Assembly (NCBI GenBank): GCA_044229145.1
Contig: JBGATO010000011.1
Coordinates: 3,162-67,161, forward strand
Direction of reading: 5' to 3'
Source of the DNA: Candidatus Eiseniibacteriota bacterium
GTDB taxonomy: Bacteria; Eisenbacteria; RBG-16-71-46; CAZEPH01
Length of the DNA stretch: 64,000 nucleotides
Shown one piece after another: positions 1-8,935 of this stretch. Positions within the stretch are counted from its first letter, which is position 1. The number at the start of each line of letters is the position of its first letter. Below the pieces are notes generated by a model, which was not told the origin of the DNA, did not search any database, and saw only the letters and a list, made by a program, of their open reading frames with translations. The position numbers and the translations under genes are program-made.

Positions 1-2273
1 TACGTCGCGCCGCGGAAACGCCGCGTCATGCGAAAACCCTTCCACGATGACGGCAAGCACGGGTCGACGATCAACCCGTCGAACGACGGCCGCACGCCGC
101 AGATCCACTCGGTGCCGATACGGAACGTCCATGCCGCCGAGCCGGTGTACCACGTCCACCCGCCGCGTCCGTAAAACGGTGAGTCGGGCCCTTCGACGTT
201 GCCCGGCATGACGTACGGTTCGACTTCGTAGAAGTCCGGCTTCATGCCGCGCAGTGGCGGGCAGAAGGATTGATAGAGCGCCCATGCGCGGTCGCCTTCG
301 CCGAGCTTGCATTCGGCCTGCACCGCCCACAAGCCGGCGTGCGTGTAGAGGCCGCCGTTCTCGCGCGAGCCGGGCGAGTAGCGTGTGAGGTATCCGATTT
401 CCGCGTCGACGGTGCGGTAGGCGGGATACAGCAGCAGCGGGCCGTAATCGCGATAGAGCAGGCGTCGCGTCGCGCGCATCATCGGCGCCAGACGGCGGGG
501 CGGCACGATGTCGTGCAGCACGGCCCACGTCTGCGCGTTGAGGAAGATCTTGCCGTCGCGGCAGCGCTTCGAGCCGATGACCTCGCCGCTGTCCTTGGTG
601 GCGCGCTGATACCACGCGCCGTCCCAGAAGTGGCGATTCACGGCGGCGCGCATCTTCGCGGCTTCGTCGCGGTACCACGTCGCGACGTCGGCGCTGCCGC
701 CGGGACGCACGCCTTCGAGTTCGGCCCACTGCTCGAGGATGCCGACGAGGAAGTGCGCGAGCCACACGCTCTCGGATTGCAGCTTGTCGCCGATGGCCGA
801 GAGGCCGTCGTTCCAGTCGCCGGCGCCCATCAGCGGCACGCCGCGTTCGGACAAGCGTCCCCAGAACGAGTCGATGGCGCGGCGGCAGTGTTCGTAGAGC
901 GACGCGCTTTCGGCCGGCTTCTTGTCAGCGCCGAGGAAGGGGACGGATTCGTCGAGCAGCGCGAAGTCCGCCGTCTCACGCAGATAGGCGAGCGTCACGA
1001 ATGGCAGCCAGAGCAGATCGTCGTTGAAGGGCTTCTGCAGGCCGTCCTCGGTGAGCGGATGCCACCAGTGATAGGTCGTGCCGTCGGTGAACTGATGCGC
1101 GGCGTGGAGCAGGATCTGCTTCCGCGTGTGGTCCGGCGCCAGCGGCAGGAACACTTGCGAGTCCTGCAACTGGTCGCGGAAGCCGTAGGCGCCGCCCATC
1201 TGGAAGTAGCCGGTGCGGCCCCACACGCGACCGCTGATCGCCTGGTACTTGAGCCACGTGTTGGTGAGGACGTTGAAGGCGTCGTCGGGCGTGTCGACGG
1301 CGAGTGGCGCGAGCACCGCGTCCCAGTGCGCGCGCATGGCGTCCCACGCCGCGTCGACGTGCCGCGATTCGTGAAAGCGCTTCGCGAGCCGCACCGCCTC
1401 CGCGCGGCTCTCGGCGACGCCGAGCGTGAACACCACCTCACGCGTCTCGCCCGGCTTCAGCGTCACCGCGACCTGCAACGCGGCGATGCCGTCTTGCCAT
1501 TTGCCCTGCGTGTTGGTGAGCCGCGTCGCCTGCATCGCCGCCGGCGCCGCGAGCGACCCGTAGCGCCCGAGAAACGCCGACTTGTCACTGTCGAAGGCCA
1601 CGGGCGCGACGCTCGCGGCGTGGAAGGCGACGTGCGGCCACTCGACGTTCCACGGCGTCCCCGCGCCATGCTCGGCGATGGTGTTGAGCCGCTTGGTGGC
1701 GAGCAGCGCGTGCGCGCCATCGACATACTCGGGCTCGATGAACAGCTTGTGGAACTCGCGGTGGGTGTCCGGCGCCGGCCCGAGGTTCCACTCGAAATAC
1801 GAGAACACGTCGAGCGTGCGGCGGCGCGCGGTGCGGTTGGTGAGGCGCACGCGCCAGATCTCGCACGGCGCGTCCGGCGGCACGAACAGCGTGTACTCGC
1901 TCTCGATGCCGCGGTTCTTCGACACGATGGTGGTGTAGCCGATGCCGTGCCGGCACTCGTACGCGGCCGGCTTCGCCTTCACCGGCTGCCAGGCGAGCGA
2001 CCAGAACGCGCCGTCGGCGCGATCGCGGCAGTAGAGGTACTTGCCCCAGTCGTCGCGCACCAGGTCTTGCTCCCAGCGCGTCAGGCGGTTGAACGTCGCG
2101 TGCGTCTTCCACGAATAGCCGCTGCCGCCCTGCGTCACGACGGCGCCGTAGTCGCCGGGGCAGATGACGTTGACCCACGGCTTGGGCGTGTCGGGCCGCG
2201 TGATGACGTATTCGCGGCCGTCGGAGGAGAAGTGGCCGTAGGCGGTGCGGAAGCTCTTCTTCATGCCGGACAT
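1..2273 (-). CDS. GH94 glycoside phosphorylase (cellobiose/chitobiose phosphorylase family); 3' end lies outside the window
   Basis: Absent from the ORF track because it runs off the edge. Manual translation from ATG 2273 (or 2264) gives MSGMKKSFRTAYGHFSSDGREYVITRPDTPKPWVNVI, followed by the GH94 motifs GFRDQLQD, GAGDWNDGL (catalytic Asp), ENGGVYTHAATW and WTWYTGSAAW. Confidence 0.9.
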   Translation of the reverse strand, partial: MSGMKKSFRTAYGHFSSDGREYVITRPDTPKPWVNVICPGDYGAVVTQGGSGYSWKTHATFNRLTRWEQDLVRDDWGKYLYCRDRADGAFWSLAWQPVKAKPAAYECRHGIGYTTIVSKNRGIESEYTLFVPPDAPCEIWRVRLTNRTARRRTLDVFSYFEWNLGPAPDTHREFHKLFIEPEYVDGAHALLATKRLNTIAEHGAGTPWNVEWPHVAFHAASVAPVAFDSDKSAFLGRYGSLAAPAAMQATRLTNTQGKWQDGIAALQVAVTLKPGETREVVFTLGVAESRAEAVRLAKRFHESRHVDAAWDAMRAHWDAVLAPLAVDTPDDAFNVLTNTWLKYQAISGRVWGRTGYFQMGGAYGFRDQLQDSQVFLPLAPDHTRKQILLHAAHQFTDGTTYHWWHPLTEDGLQKPFNDDLLWLPFVTLAYLRETADFALLDESVPFLGADKKPAESASLYEHCRRAIDSFWGRLSERGVPLMGAGDWNDGLSAIGDKLQSESVWLAHFLVGILEQWAELEGVRPGGSADVATWYRDEAAKMRAAVNRHFWDGAWYQRATKDSGEVIGSKRCRDGKIFLNAQTWAVLHDIVPPRRLAPMMRATRRLLYRDYGPLLLYPAYRTVDAEIGYLTRYSPGSRENGGLYTHAGLWAVQAECKLGEGDRAWALYQSFCPPLRGMKPDFYEVEPYVMPGNVEGPDSPFYGRGGWTWYTGSAAWTFRIGTEWICGVRPSFDGLIVDPCLPSSWKGFRMTRRFRGAT

Positions 2274-2467
2274 CGCTGTCTCGCAAAGTCGGAGGAACGG
2301 CGCCCGGCGTCCGGCCGGGCAGGACCAAGCCGTGCATAGTACACGCAGTGGCCGCCTCTGGGGGAATTGCCGATCCACGCGGCCCGATCCACCCGCATCG
2401 CGGCCCCGCGTGCTACACTGATCACTTCATCCCCGCCTCCTCGGCTCTTTCCGTGAAGGACATCCGC

Positions 2468-3991
2468 GTGCGCCGTTTCCTCCCGCTGCTCCTCCTGTGT
2501 GCCCTGCTCTGCCCGCTGCCGGCCTCCGCGGCCCCGAAGAAGGCCCTGTTCGACAACACTCATCAAGAGACCGCCGGCAACGCGGATTGGCAAATCGACA
2601 CCGATCAGCCGGTGCCGCTCCCCGACCAAAGCGGCATCACACCCGCAACGCCGGAGAGCTACTGGTACGGCGCCATCTCCGCGTGGGGCGTGAGCCTGGT
2701 CAAGAAGGGCTACACCGTCCATACGCTGACCACGTCGTACGGCATCACCTACGGCAACGCCGGCAATCCCTACGACCTGTCGAACTACGACCTGTTCATC
2801 GTCGACGAGCCGAACACGATCTTCACGCGCGCCGAATCGACGGCGATCTTCAACTACCTGCGCGAGGGCGGCGGCATGTTCGCGGTGTGCGATCACGCCG
2901 GCTCCGATCGCAACAGCGACGGCGTCGACTCGCCGAAGGCGTGGGGACGTCTCGATCAGCTGCACCTGCTTGGCGCGCACTTCGACTCGACCGGCGAGGG
3001 CTCCTCGAGTACCAACAACTTCACGCAGAACAGCGGCAACATCGACAACTCGGTGCTCGACTCGCTGATCTACGGCCCCGTCGGGTTCGCCGACAGCATC
3101 TCGTTCCACAACGGCACGTCGATGCACCTGTTCCCGGCGACCAATCCGAGCGTCAAGGCGGCGATGTGGCAGAACGGCCTCAGCCACACCAGCACCAGCG
3201 GCGTGATGGTGGCGTACGCGTCGTACGGCAAGGGGCGCGTGGTGTTCGTCGGCGATAGCTCGCCCTGCGACGATGGCTCCGCGGTGAGCGGCAACAGCTC
3301 CATCTACAACGGCTGGGCCGAGGCGACCGGGCGCGACTCGATCCTCTTCATGAACGGCTCGCTGTGGGCGACGCGCAATCTCGACACCGCCGCGCCGACC
3401 GTCACCGTGCTGACGCCGAACGGCGGCGAAAGCGTCCTGCAGGGGAGCGACCTCGCGGTGTCGTGGACGGCGAGCGACAACGTCGGCGTGACCACGGTCG
3501 ACCTCGACTACTCGCTGAATGGCGCCGGCGGTCCGTGGACGGCGATCGCGCACGGCATCGCCAACACCGGCGGCGCGACCTGGACGACGCCGCTGGTGGC
3601 GAGCGACAGCGTGATGGTGCGGGTGCGCGCCGTCGACGCGGCGAACAACGCGGCGACCGACGCGTGCGACGGTCTGGTGCACATCACGGCGCCGGTGCGC
3701 GTCGGGGCGCCCGGGACGCCCGCGGCGTTCGATGTCGCGGCATGGGCGGTGGGCCAGCGCGTGCGCTTCGCGGTCCGCGTGCCCTCGGCGGGGCGGGCGA
3801 CCCTGGTCGTGCGCGATGTCGCGGGTCGCACGGTGTGGCGGGACGCGCGCTGGCTGACCGCCGGCGTCACCGCCCTCGAGTGGGACGGGCGCCTGTCCAG
3901 TGGCGCGCCGGCGGCACATGGTGTATACGCGGCGCGGTGCAGTGGCCCGTGGGGCGGCCAGACGGTGCGCGTGCTGCGCGCCGCGCCGTAA
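2468..3991 (+). CDS. Secreted protein: alpha/beta domain (possibly class I glutamine-amidotransferase-like fold), Ig-like domain and FlgD-like C-terminal domain
   Basis: GTG 2468 follows GAAGGA. Signal peptide RRFLPLLLLCALLCPLPASA; KKALFDNTHQETAGNADW; GKGRVVFVGDSS; an APTVTVLTPNGGE Ig module; C-terminal DVAGR...WDGR...GVY. Confidence 0.75.
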   Translation: MRRFLPLLLLCALLCPLPASAAPKKALFDNTHQETAGNADWQIDTDQPVPLPDQSGITPATPESYWYGAISAWGVSLVKKGYTVHTLTTSYGITYGNAGNPYDLSNYDLFIVDEPNTIFTRAESTAIFNYLREGGGMFAVCDHAGSDRNSDGVDSPKAWGRLDQLHLLGAHFDSTGEGSSSTNNFTQNSGNIDNSVLDSLIYGPVGFADSISFHNGTSMHLFPATNPSVKAAMWQNGLSHTSTSGVMVAYASYGKGRVVFVGDSSPCDDGSAVSGNSSIYNGWAEATGRDSILFMNGSLWATRNLDTAAPTVTVLTPNGGESVLQGSDLAVSWTASDNVGVTTVDLDYSLNGAGGPWTAIAHGIANTGGATWTTPLVASDSVMVRVRAVDAANNAATDACDGLVHITAPVRVGAPGTPAAFDVAAWAVGQRVRFAVRVPSAGRATLVVRDVAGRTVWRDARWLTAGVTALEWDGRLSSGAPAAHGVYAARCSGPWGGQTVRVLRAAP

Positions 3992-4013
3992 CCGCCGTTC
4001 GCCGGTGAGACCC

Positions 4014-4059
4014 CGCGGCCCCGCGACCTGAGATGGTCGCGGGGCCGCGCGGTTTTTTT
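4014..4059 (+). terminator. Intrinsic terminator
   Basis: 15-bp stem CGCGGCCCCGCGACC/GGTCGCGGGGCCGCG with a 6-nt loop, followed by T7. Confidence 0.85.
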
Positions 4060-4169
4060 CGCCGCGCGTCGCAACCTCGGCACGCACGCCGGCGTTTGCC
4101 CCCGCACCTCGTCCCGCTGCCGCGGGCATGTCGCAGTCCATTCCGCCACTCCGCCGCCAGGGAGATCGC

Positions 4170-5042
4170 ATGCTTCTCACCGTCGAGAGCGTCAGCAAAC
4201 AGTATTCGGGAGGCGTGTGGGGCCTCCGGGAGGTCAGCTTCGAATTAGGCCCCGGCGTGCACGGGTTGCTCGGGCCGAACGGAGCCGGCAAGACGACGCT
4301 CATGCGCATCCTCGCCACTCTCGCGCAGCCGACTGGCGGTCACGTGTCGTGGAAGGGCACCGACATTCGTCACGATCCCGACGCCGTGCGTCGCGTGCTT
4401 GGGTACTTGCCGCAAGACTTCGGCGTGTATCCGCACCTCACGGCGCGGGAGTTCCTCGGCTACATCGCGGCGGCGAAGGGCGTCACCGGCCGCGCGGCCC
4501 GCGAGCGCATCGAGACCTTGCTCGCGCTGGTGAATCTCACCGAGGCGGCGGGGCGCGCGCTCGGCGGCTACAGCGGCGGCATGCGGCAGCGTGTCGGCAT
4601 CGCGCAGGCCTTGCTCGCGGACCCGCAATTGTTGGTCGTCGACGAACCGACGGTCGGACTCGATCCCGAGGAGCGCGCGCGCTTTCGCACCTTGCTCGCC
4701 GAGCTCGCCGCGGAACGCGTGGTGCTACTGTCGACGCACATCGTCTCGGATGTCGAAGCGGTCGCGGAATCGATCCTCGTGCTGGCCGGCGGGCGGTTGC
4801 TGGCGCGGACCACGCCGGAGGCCTGGCGCGCTGGACTCGACGGCCGCGTCTGGGAGTGTGTGTGGCCGGCCGCCGAGTTCGAGCGTCGCCGTGCTGCCGT
4901 GGCGGTCACCCACGTCGCGCGGCGCGGCGGCGATGTCGTGGCACGCATCGTGGCGGACGAGGCGCCGGACGCCGGCGCGCGCGGCGTCGCGCCGACTTTG
5001 GAAGACGCCTACCTCACCACCGTCGGGGGAGTGAGCGCATGA
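4170..5042 (+). CDS. ABC transporter ATP-binding protein (ABC-2/DrrA-like)
   Basis: GGAG RBS before ATG 4170; Walker A GPNGAGKTT, signature YSGGMRQR, Walker B LLVVDEP, H-loop LSTH. Confidence 0.92.
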   Translation: MLLTVESVSKQYSGGVWGLREVSFELGPGVHGLLGPNGAGKTTLMRILATLAQPTGGHVSWKGTDIRHDPDAVRRVLGYLPQDFGVYPHLTAREFLGYIAAAKGVTGRAARERIETLLALVNLTEAAGRALGGYSGGMRQRVGIAQALLADPQLLVVDEPTVGLDPEERARFRTLLAELAAERVVLLSTHIVSDVEAVAESILVLAGGRLLARTTPEAWRAGLDGRVWECVWPAAEFERRRAAVAVTHVARRGGDVVARIVADEAPDAGARGVAPTLEDAYLTTVGGVSA

Positions 5043-6592
5043 GTGCATGGCGGCGCGCCGGCGTCATGATCGGCGCCGACGTGCTCGAACGCGTGCGGCG
5101 CTCCAGTTTTCTCGCCATCCTCGCGAGCGCGGTCTACCTCGCGTACGTCGTCGGCACCGGCAAGATGTCGCTCACGGTGGGCGATTGCACCGGCGTGCTC
5201 AACGGCGCGTGGGTGGGCACCGCGGTGAGCCTCACCGCGTCGACGATGTTGTCGCTCGCCGGCTTCTACATCGTGCGCGGCGGGCTCGCGTACGACCGCC
5301 AGAGCGGCGTCGGCGAGATCCTCCGCACGACCTCGCTGACGCCGTGGTCGTACATGGCGATCAAGGCGGCGAGTGCCGTGTTCGTGTTGCTCGCCATGGT
5401 TGCGGTGCTGATGGCGAGCGCGTTCCTCACCCTCTGCGTGCACCACACGCCGACGGCAGGGGACCTGTGGGGCTTGATCTCGCCGTTCGTGACCGTGACC
5501 GTACCCGCGATGGCAGTGGTGGCGGCGCTCGCGGTGCTGTTCGACGCCATTCCGCTGCTGGCGAGCGGGCTCGGCAACGTCGTCTACTTCTTCGCGTGGT
5601 CGGGCATGCTTGGCGTCATGGCGGCGAATCGTTCGCCGTGGGATTTCTGCGGCCTCGGGTTGTACGCCGGTCCGCTCAAGGACGCGGTGCGCGCGGAACA
5701 TCCGCACGCCAACGAGAACTTCGTTCTCGGCTCGATCGGCCGCGAAGTCGTGGGGACGTTCCACTGGAACGGCCTGCCGTGGACGACGGAGCGCGCGATG
5801 ACGCGCCTCGTGTGGTGCGCCCTTGCGGTGGCGCTGGTGCTGCTGGCGGCGCTGGTCTACCGGCCGGAGGCGTTCCGCCGGACGGCCACCCGCCCGCGGC
5901 CGCGCCGGAAGGCAACGCGCGCGGAGCCGGTGGTGTCACGCGTCGACCCGGCCACTGTGCGGCTGCGGCCGCTGCCGGCCGCGCGCCACTATGGAATCCT
6001 GTCGTTGGTGGTGGCGGAAGTGCGATTGCTGCTGGCCGGGATGTCGCGCGGCTGGGCGCTGGTGGCGCTCGGTCTGGCGGTGGCGGGCGCGGTGGTCCCG
6101 GTGAAGGTCGCGCGTGAGATCATCCTGCCGATCGCCTGGTTGTGGCCGATGCTGCGCCTGTCGTCGCTAGGCGTGCGGGCGGCGCAGGAAGGCGTCGAAC
6201 CGCTCCTGCTCGCGACGCCGCGCCCGGTGCCGCGTCTCCCGCTGGCGTCGTGGCTGGCCGGCATCGCGGTGCTGGCCGCGCTCGGCGTGGGTGTGCTGGC
6301 ACGCGCACTGGCGGCGGGAGACACTACGTGGGCGGTGGCGTGGTGCGGCGGGGTGATGCTGGTGCCGGCGGCCGCCCTCGCGCTGGGCGCGTGGAGCGGC
6401 ACCACGCGGCTTTTCGAGGCGGTCTATCTGGTCGCGTGGTACATCGGGCCGATGAACCGGGTGCCGATGTTCGACTACAGCGGAGCGACCGCGTCGGCGG
6501 TGTCGCAAGGGAGCGGAGTGATCTGCGTGGGCCTTGCTGCCGGCTGCATCATCGCTGCGCACGTCGCCACCGCGCGTCGATTGCGCGTTTGA
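5039..6592 (+). CDS. ABC transporter permease (multi-TM)
   Basis: ATGA overlap with the ATPase; many hydrophobic segments arranged in two halves. Confidence 0.8.
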   Translation: MSAWRRAGVMIGADVLERVRRSSFLAILASAVYLAYVVGTGKMSLTVGDCTGVLNGAWVGTAVSLTASTMLSLAGFYIVRGGLAYDRQSGVGEILRTTSLTPWSYMAIKAASAVFVLLAMVAVLMASAFLTLCVHHTPTAGDLWGLISPFVTVTVPAMAVVAALAVLFDAIPLLASGLGNVVYFFAWSGMLGVMAANRSPWDFCGLGLYAGPLKDAVRAEHPHANENFVLGSIGREVVGTFHWNGLPWTTERAMTRLVWCALAVALVLLAALVYRPEAFRRTATRPRPRRKATRAEPVVSRVDPATVRLRPLPAARHYGILSLVVAEVRLLLAGMSRGWALVALGLAVAGAVVPVKVAREIILPIAWLWPMLRLSSLGVRAAQEGVEPLLLATPRPVPRLPLASWLAGIAVLAALGVGVLARALAAGDTTWAVAWCGGVMLVPAAALALGAWSGTTRLFEAVYLVAWYIGPMNRVPMFDYSGATASAVSQGSGVICVGLAAGCIIAAHVATARRLRV

Positions 6593-6675
6593 CGGACGAG
6601 GTGTGGCGTGGTGAACTCTTAGCTCCCCCTAAGTCGAGTTTGTCGCGCCTCACTTCGATCTGGAGGAACACCCCC

Positions 6676-7155
6676 ATGTCCGCCAACCCAATTCGTCCCG
6701 GACTCCACACGATCACGCCCAACATCGTCGTGCAGGACTGCGCCGCCGCGATGACGTTCTACACCACCGCGTTCGGCGCCGAAGAACTCGCGCGCTTCCC
6801 GATGCCGGACGGGACGACGATCATGCACGCCGAGATGCGCATCGGCGACTCGATCTTCTTCCTCAACGACGAGTTCCCCGCCATGGAGTCGTTCTCGCCG
6901 CTCCACTACAAGGGCACCTCGTGCAGCCTCATGCTCGCCGTGGTGGATTGCGACGCCGCGTTCGCGCGCGCGGTCGAGGCCGGCTGCACCGTCGACATGC
7001 CGCCCGCCGACATGTTCTGGGGCGATCGCTTCGCCGCCGTCACCGATCCGTTCGGCCACTCGTGGGGCATCTCGACCCACATCAAGGACATGACGATGGA
7101 GGAGATGCGCGACGCCGCGCAGGCGGCGTTCGCCGAGGGAGGCATGCACGGCTAG
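6676..7155 (+). CDS. VOC/glyoxalase family protein (PhnB-like)
   Basis: GGAGG RBS; TITPNIVV, FYTTAFGA, HAEMRIGDS, DMFWGDR, DPFGHSW. Confidence 0.9.
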   Translation: MSANPIRPGLHTITPNIVVQDCAAAMTFYTTAFGAEELARFPMPDGTTIMHAEMRIGDSIFFLNDEFPAMESFSPLHYKGTSCSLMLAVVDCDAAFARAVEAGCTVDMPPADMFWGDRFAAVTDPFGHSWGISTHIKDMTMEEMRDAAQAAFAEGGMHG

Positions 7156-7282
7156 GCAGCGCGCGCACAGCGGCGACGCGCCCTCTGCCGCCTGGAGGCG
7201 ATGGGCGCCGGCGGCGTTCGGCACGGGGCTGGCGGGGGTCGCGGTCGCGATCCTCGCCGCACTGTTTGGGCTCGGGCATCGA

Positions 7283-8599
7283 TTGCAGGCGGGTGCGTCG
7301 GGGGCGCCGCGCGCGGCAGAGGCGGGAGCGGCGAGCTCTGGGTCGCTCGCTGAGATTCTACTCGCGCTGCTGGTCGTATTGGCGGTGAGCCGCGCGATGG
7401 CAGTCGCGCTGCGCCGATTGCATCAGCCGCCGGTGATCGGCGAGATGCTCGCCGGACTGGCGCTCGGTCCGTCGCTGTTGGGACGCTGGGCACCCGAGTG
7501 GTCGGCACAGCTGCTGTCGCCGGGCGCGCTGCCGGCGTTGTCGGCGCTGGCGCAGGTCGGCGTGCTGCTGTTCTTGTTCACGGTCGGACTCGAACTCGAC
7601 TTGCGCGCGGTGCGGGCGCACGCGCGGCAGGTGCTGACCATCGCGGAGGCGAGTCTCCTGGTGCCGTTCGTCGCCGGCGTCGCGGTGGCGGTATGGCTCT
7701 ATCCGCGCTTCGGCACCGCCGACGTGCCGTTCCTGCACTTCGCGCTGTTTTGCGGCTTGTCGTTGTCGGTGACCGCGTTTCCGGTGTTGGCGCGCATCCT
7801 GACCGACATGGGACTCCACGCCACCCGGCTCGGCACCACGGCGCTGGCCTGCGCGGCGGTCGCCGACGTCGTGGCGTGGTGCGCGCTGGCGGTGGTGGTC
7901 GGGTTGGTGCGCGCCGACGTCTCCCACGGCATGCTGGCGAGCCTCGGCGCGCTCGTCTACGCGCTGGTCCTGTTGACGATGGTGCGGCCGCTCGTCCGGC
8001 GGTGGGCCGCGGCGGTCGAGAGGACCGGCCTCACGCCGTCGCACTTGGGAGTCTTGGCGGCCTGCGTGCTCGCCTCCGCGTACGCCACCGAGGCGGTCGG
8101 CGTGCACGCGCTCTTCGGCGCCTTCCTGTTCGGTGCCGTGGTGCCGCACGATTCGCGGCTGGCGCGCGAGGCGCACGAGAAGGTGCAGGGCGTGGTGGTC
8201 GTCGTGTTCCTGCCGGTCTACTTCGCCTTCACCGGATTGCGGACGCAGGTCGGCCTGCTCGCGGACGATGGCGGGTGGCGCGCGTTCGCGCTCATCGTGG
8301 CGATCGCCACGCTGGCCAAGATCGGCAGCGGCCTGCTCGCCGGCCGGATCAACGGGCTGGGGTGGCGCGAGGCGGGCGGTCTCGGGGTGCTGCTCAACAC
8401 GCGCGGTCTGATGGAATTGGTGGTGCTCAACATGGGGCTCGACCTCGGCCTCATCACGCCGCGGCTCTTCGCGGTGCTCGTATTGATGGCGATCGTCACG
8501 ACCTGCGGAACGGCGCCGCTCCTGCACCTCCTTGGCGTGGTGCGGCGCGCCCGCTCAGAGCGCGCAGAAGACGTCGTGATGGCAGGCGCCGCACACTAG
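7283..8599 (+). CDS. Cation:proton antiporter (CPA2/Kef-type); start uncertain
   Basis: QPPVIGEMLAGLALGPS, FTVGLELD, SVTAFPVLARIL, LLNTRGLMELVVLN; about 12 TM segments. Confidence 0.88.
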   Translation: MQAGASGAPRAAEAGAASSGSLAEILLALLVVLAVSRAMAVALRRLHQPPVIGEMLAGLALGPSLLGRWAPEWSAQLLSPGALPALSALAQVGVLLFLFTVGLELDLRAVRAHARQVLTIAEASLLVPFVAGVAVAVWLYPRFGTADVPFLHFALFCGLSLSVTAFPVLARILTDMGLHATRLGTTALACAAVADVVAWCALAVVVGLVRADVSHGMLASLGALVYALVLLTMVRPLVRRWAAAVERTGLTPSHLGVLAACVLASAYATEAVGVHALFGAFLFGAVVPHDSRLAREAHEKVQGVVVVVFLPVYFAFTGLRTQVGLLADDGGWRAFALIVAIATLAKIGSGLLAGRINGLGWREAGGLGVLLNTRGLMELVVLNMGLDLGLITPRLFAVLVLMAIVTTCGTAPLLHLLGVVRRARSERAEDVVMAGAAH

Positions 8600-8935
8600 G
8601 CGGCTTTCGATCGGGAACAGCGGACCGGGGCGAAACCGTTGCGCGTGGGCGCAGCGCGGACAGACGCCGTCCACGGTGAGCAGCCGCTCGCGTTCGCGCC
8701 AATGGAAGCGCGCCAGGAATACGCCGCCGGCGAACAAGCGCGGCACCGACGTGATCTGAAAGGGCAGGAAGACGGCGATGGTGCCGGTTGCCCACATCGC
8801 GAGCCACGCCCACAGACCGCGCGCGACGCGCAGTGGCAGCGACTGGCGGCGCCACGCGGCGATTCCTGATTGCGGGGCGTGCCCGAAACTCGTGAGCGTC
8901 ACTGCGCCCTGACGCCGATCTCCGCCACTTACCAT
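8555..8935 (-). CDS. Hypothetical small membrane protein with C-terminal zinc-ribbon-like CxxC pairs
   Basis: Two hydrophobic segments, then CPRC...CGAC. The start overlaps the GH31 stop codon. Confidence 0.6.
   Translation of the reverse strand: MVSGGDRRQGAVTLTSFGHAPQSGIAAWRRQSLPLRVARGLWAWLAMWATGTIAVFLPFQITSVPRLFAGGVFLARFHWRERERLLTVDGVCPRCAHAQRFRPGPLFPIESRLVCGACHHDVFCAL

Noticed and set aside
270-2339. 689-aa plus-strand ORF
   Set aside because: Antisense shadow of the GH94 gene; Arg/Ala-rich with no motifs, typical of high-GC DNA.
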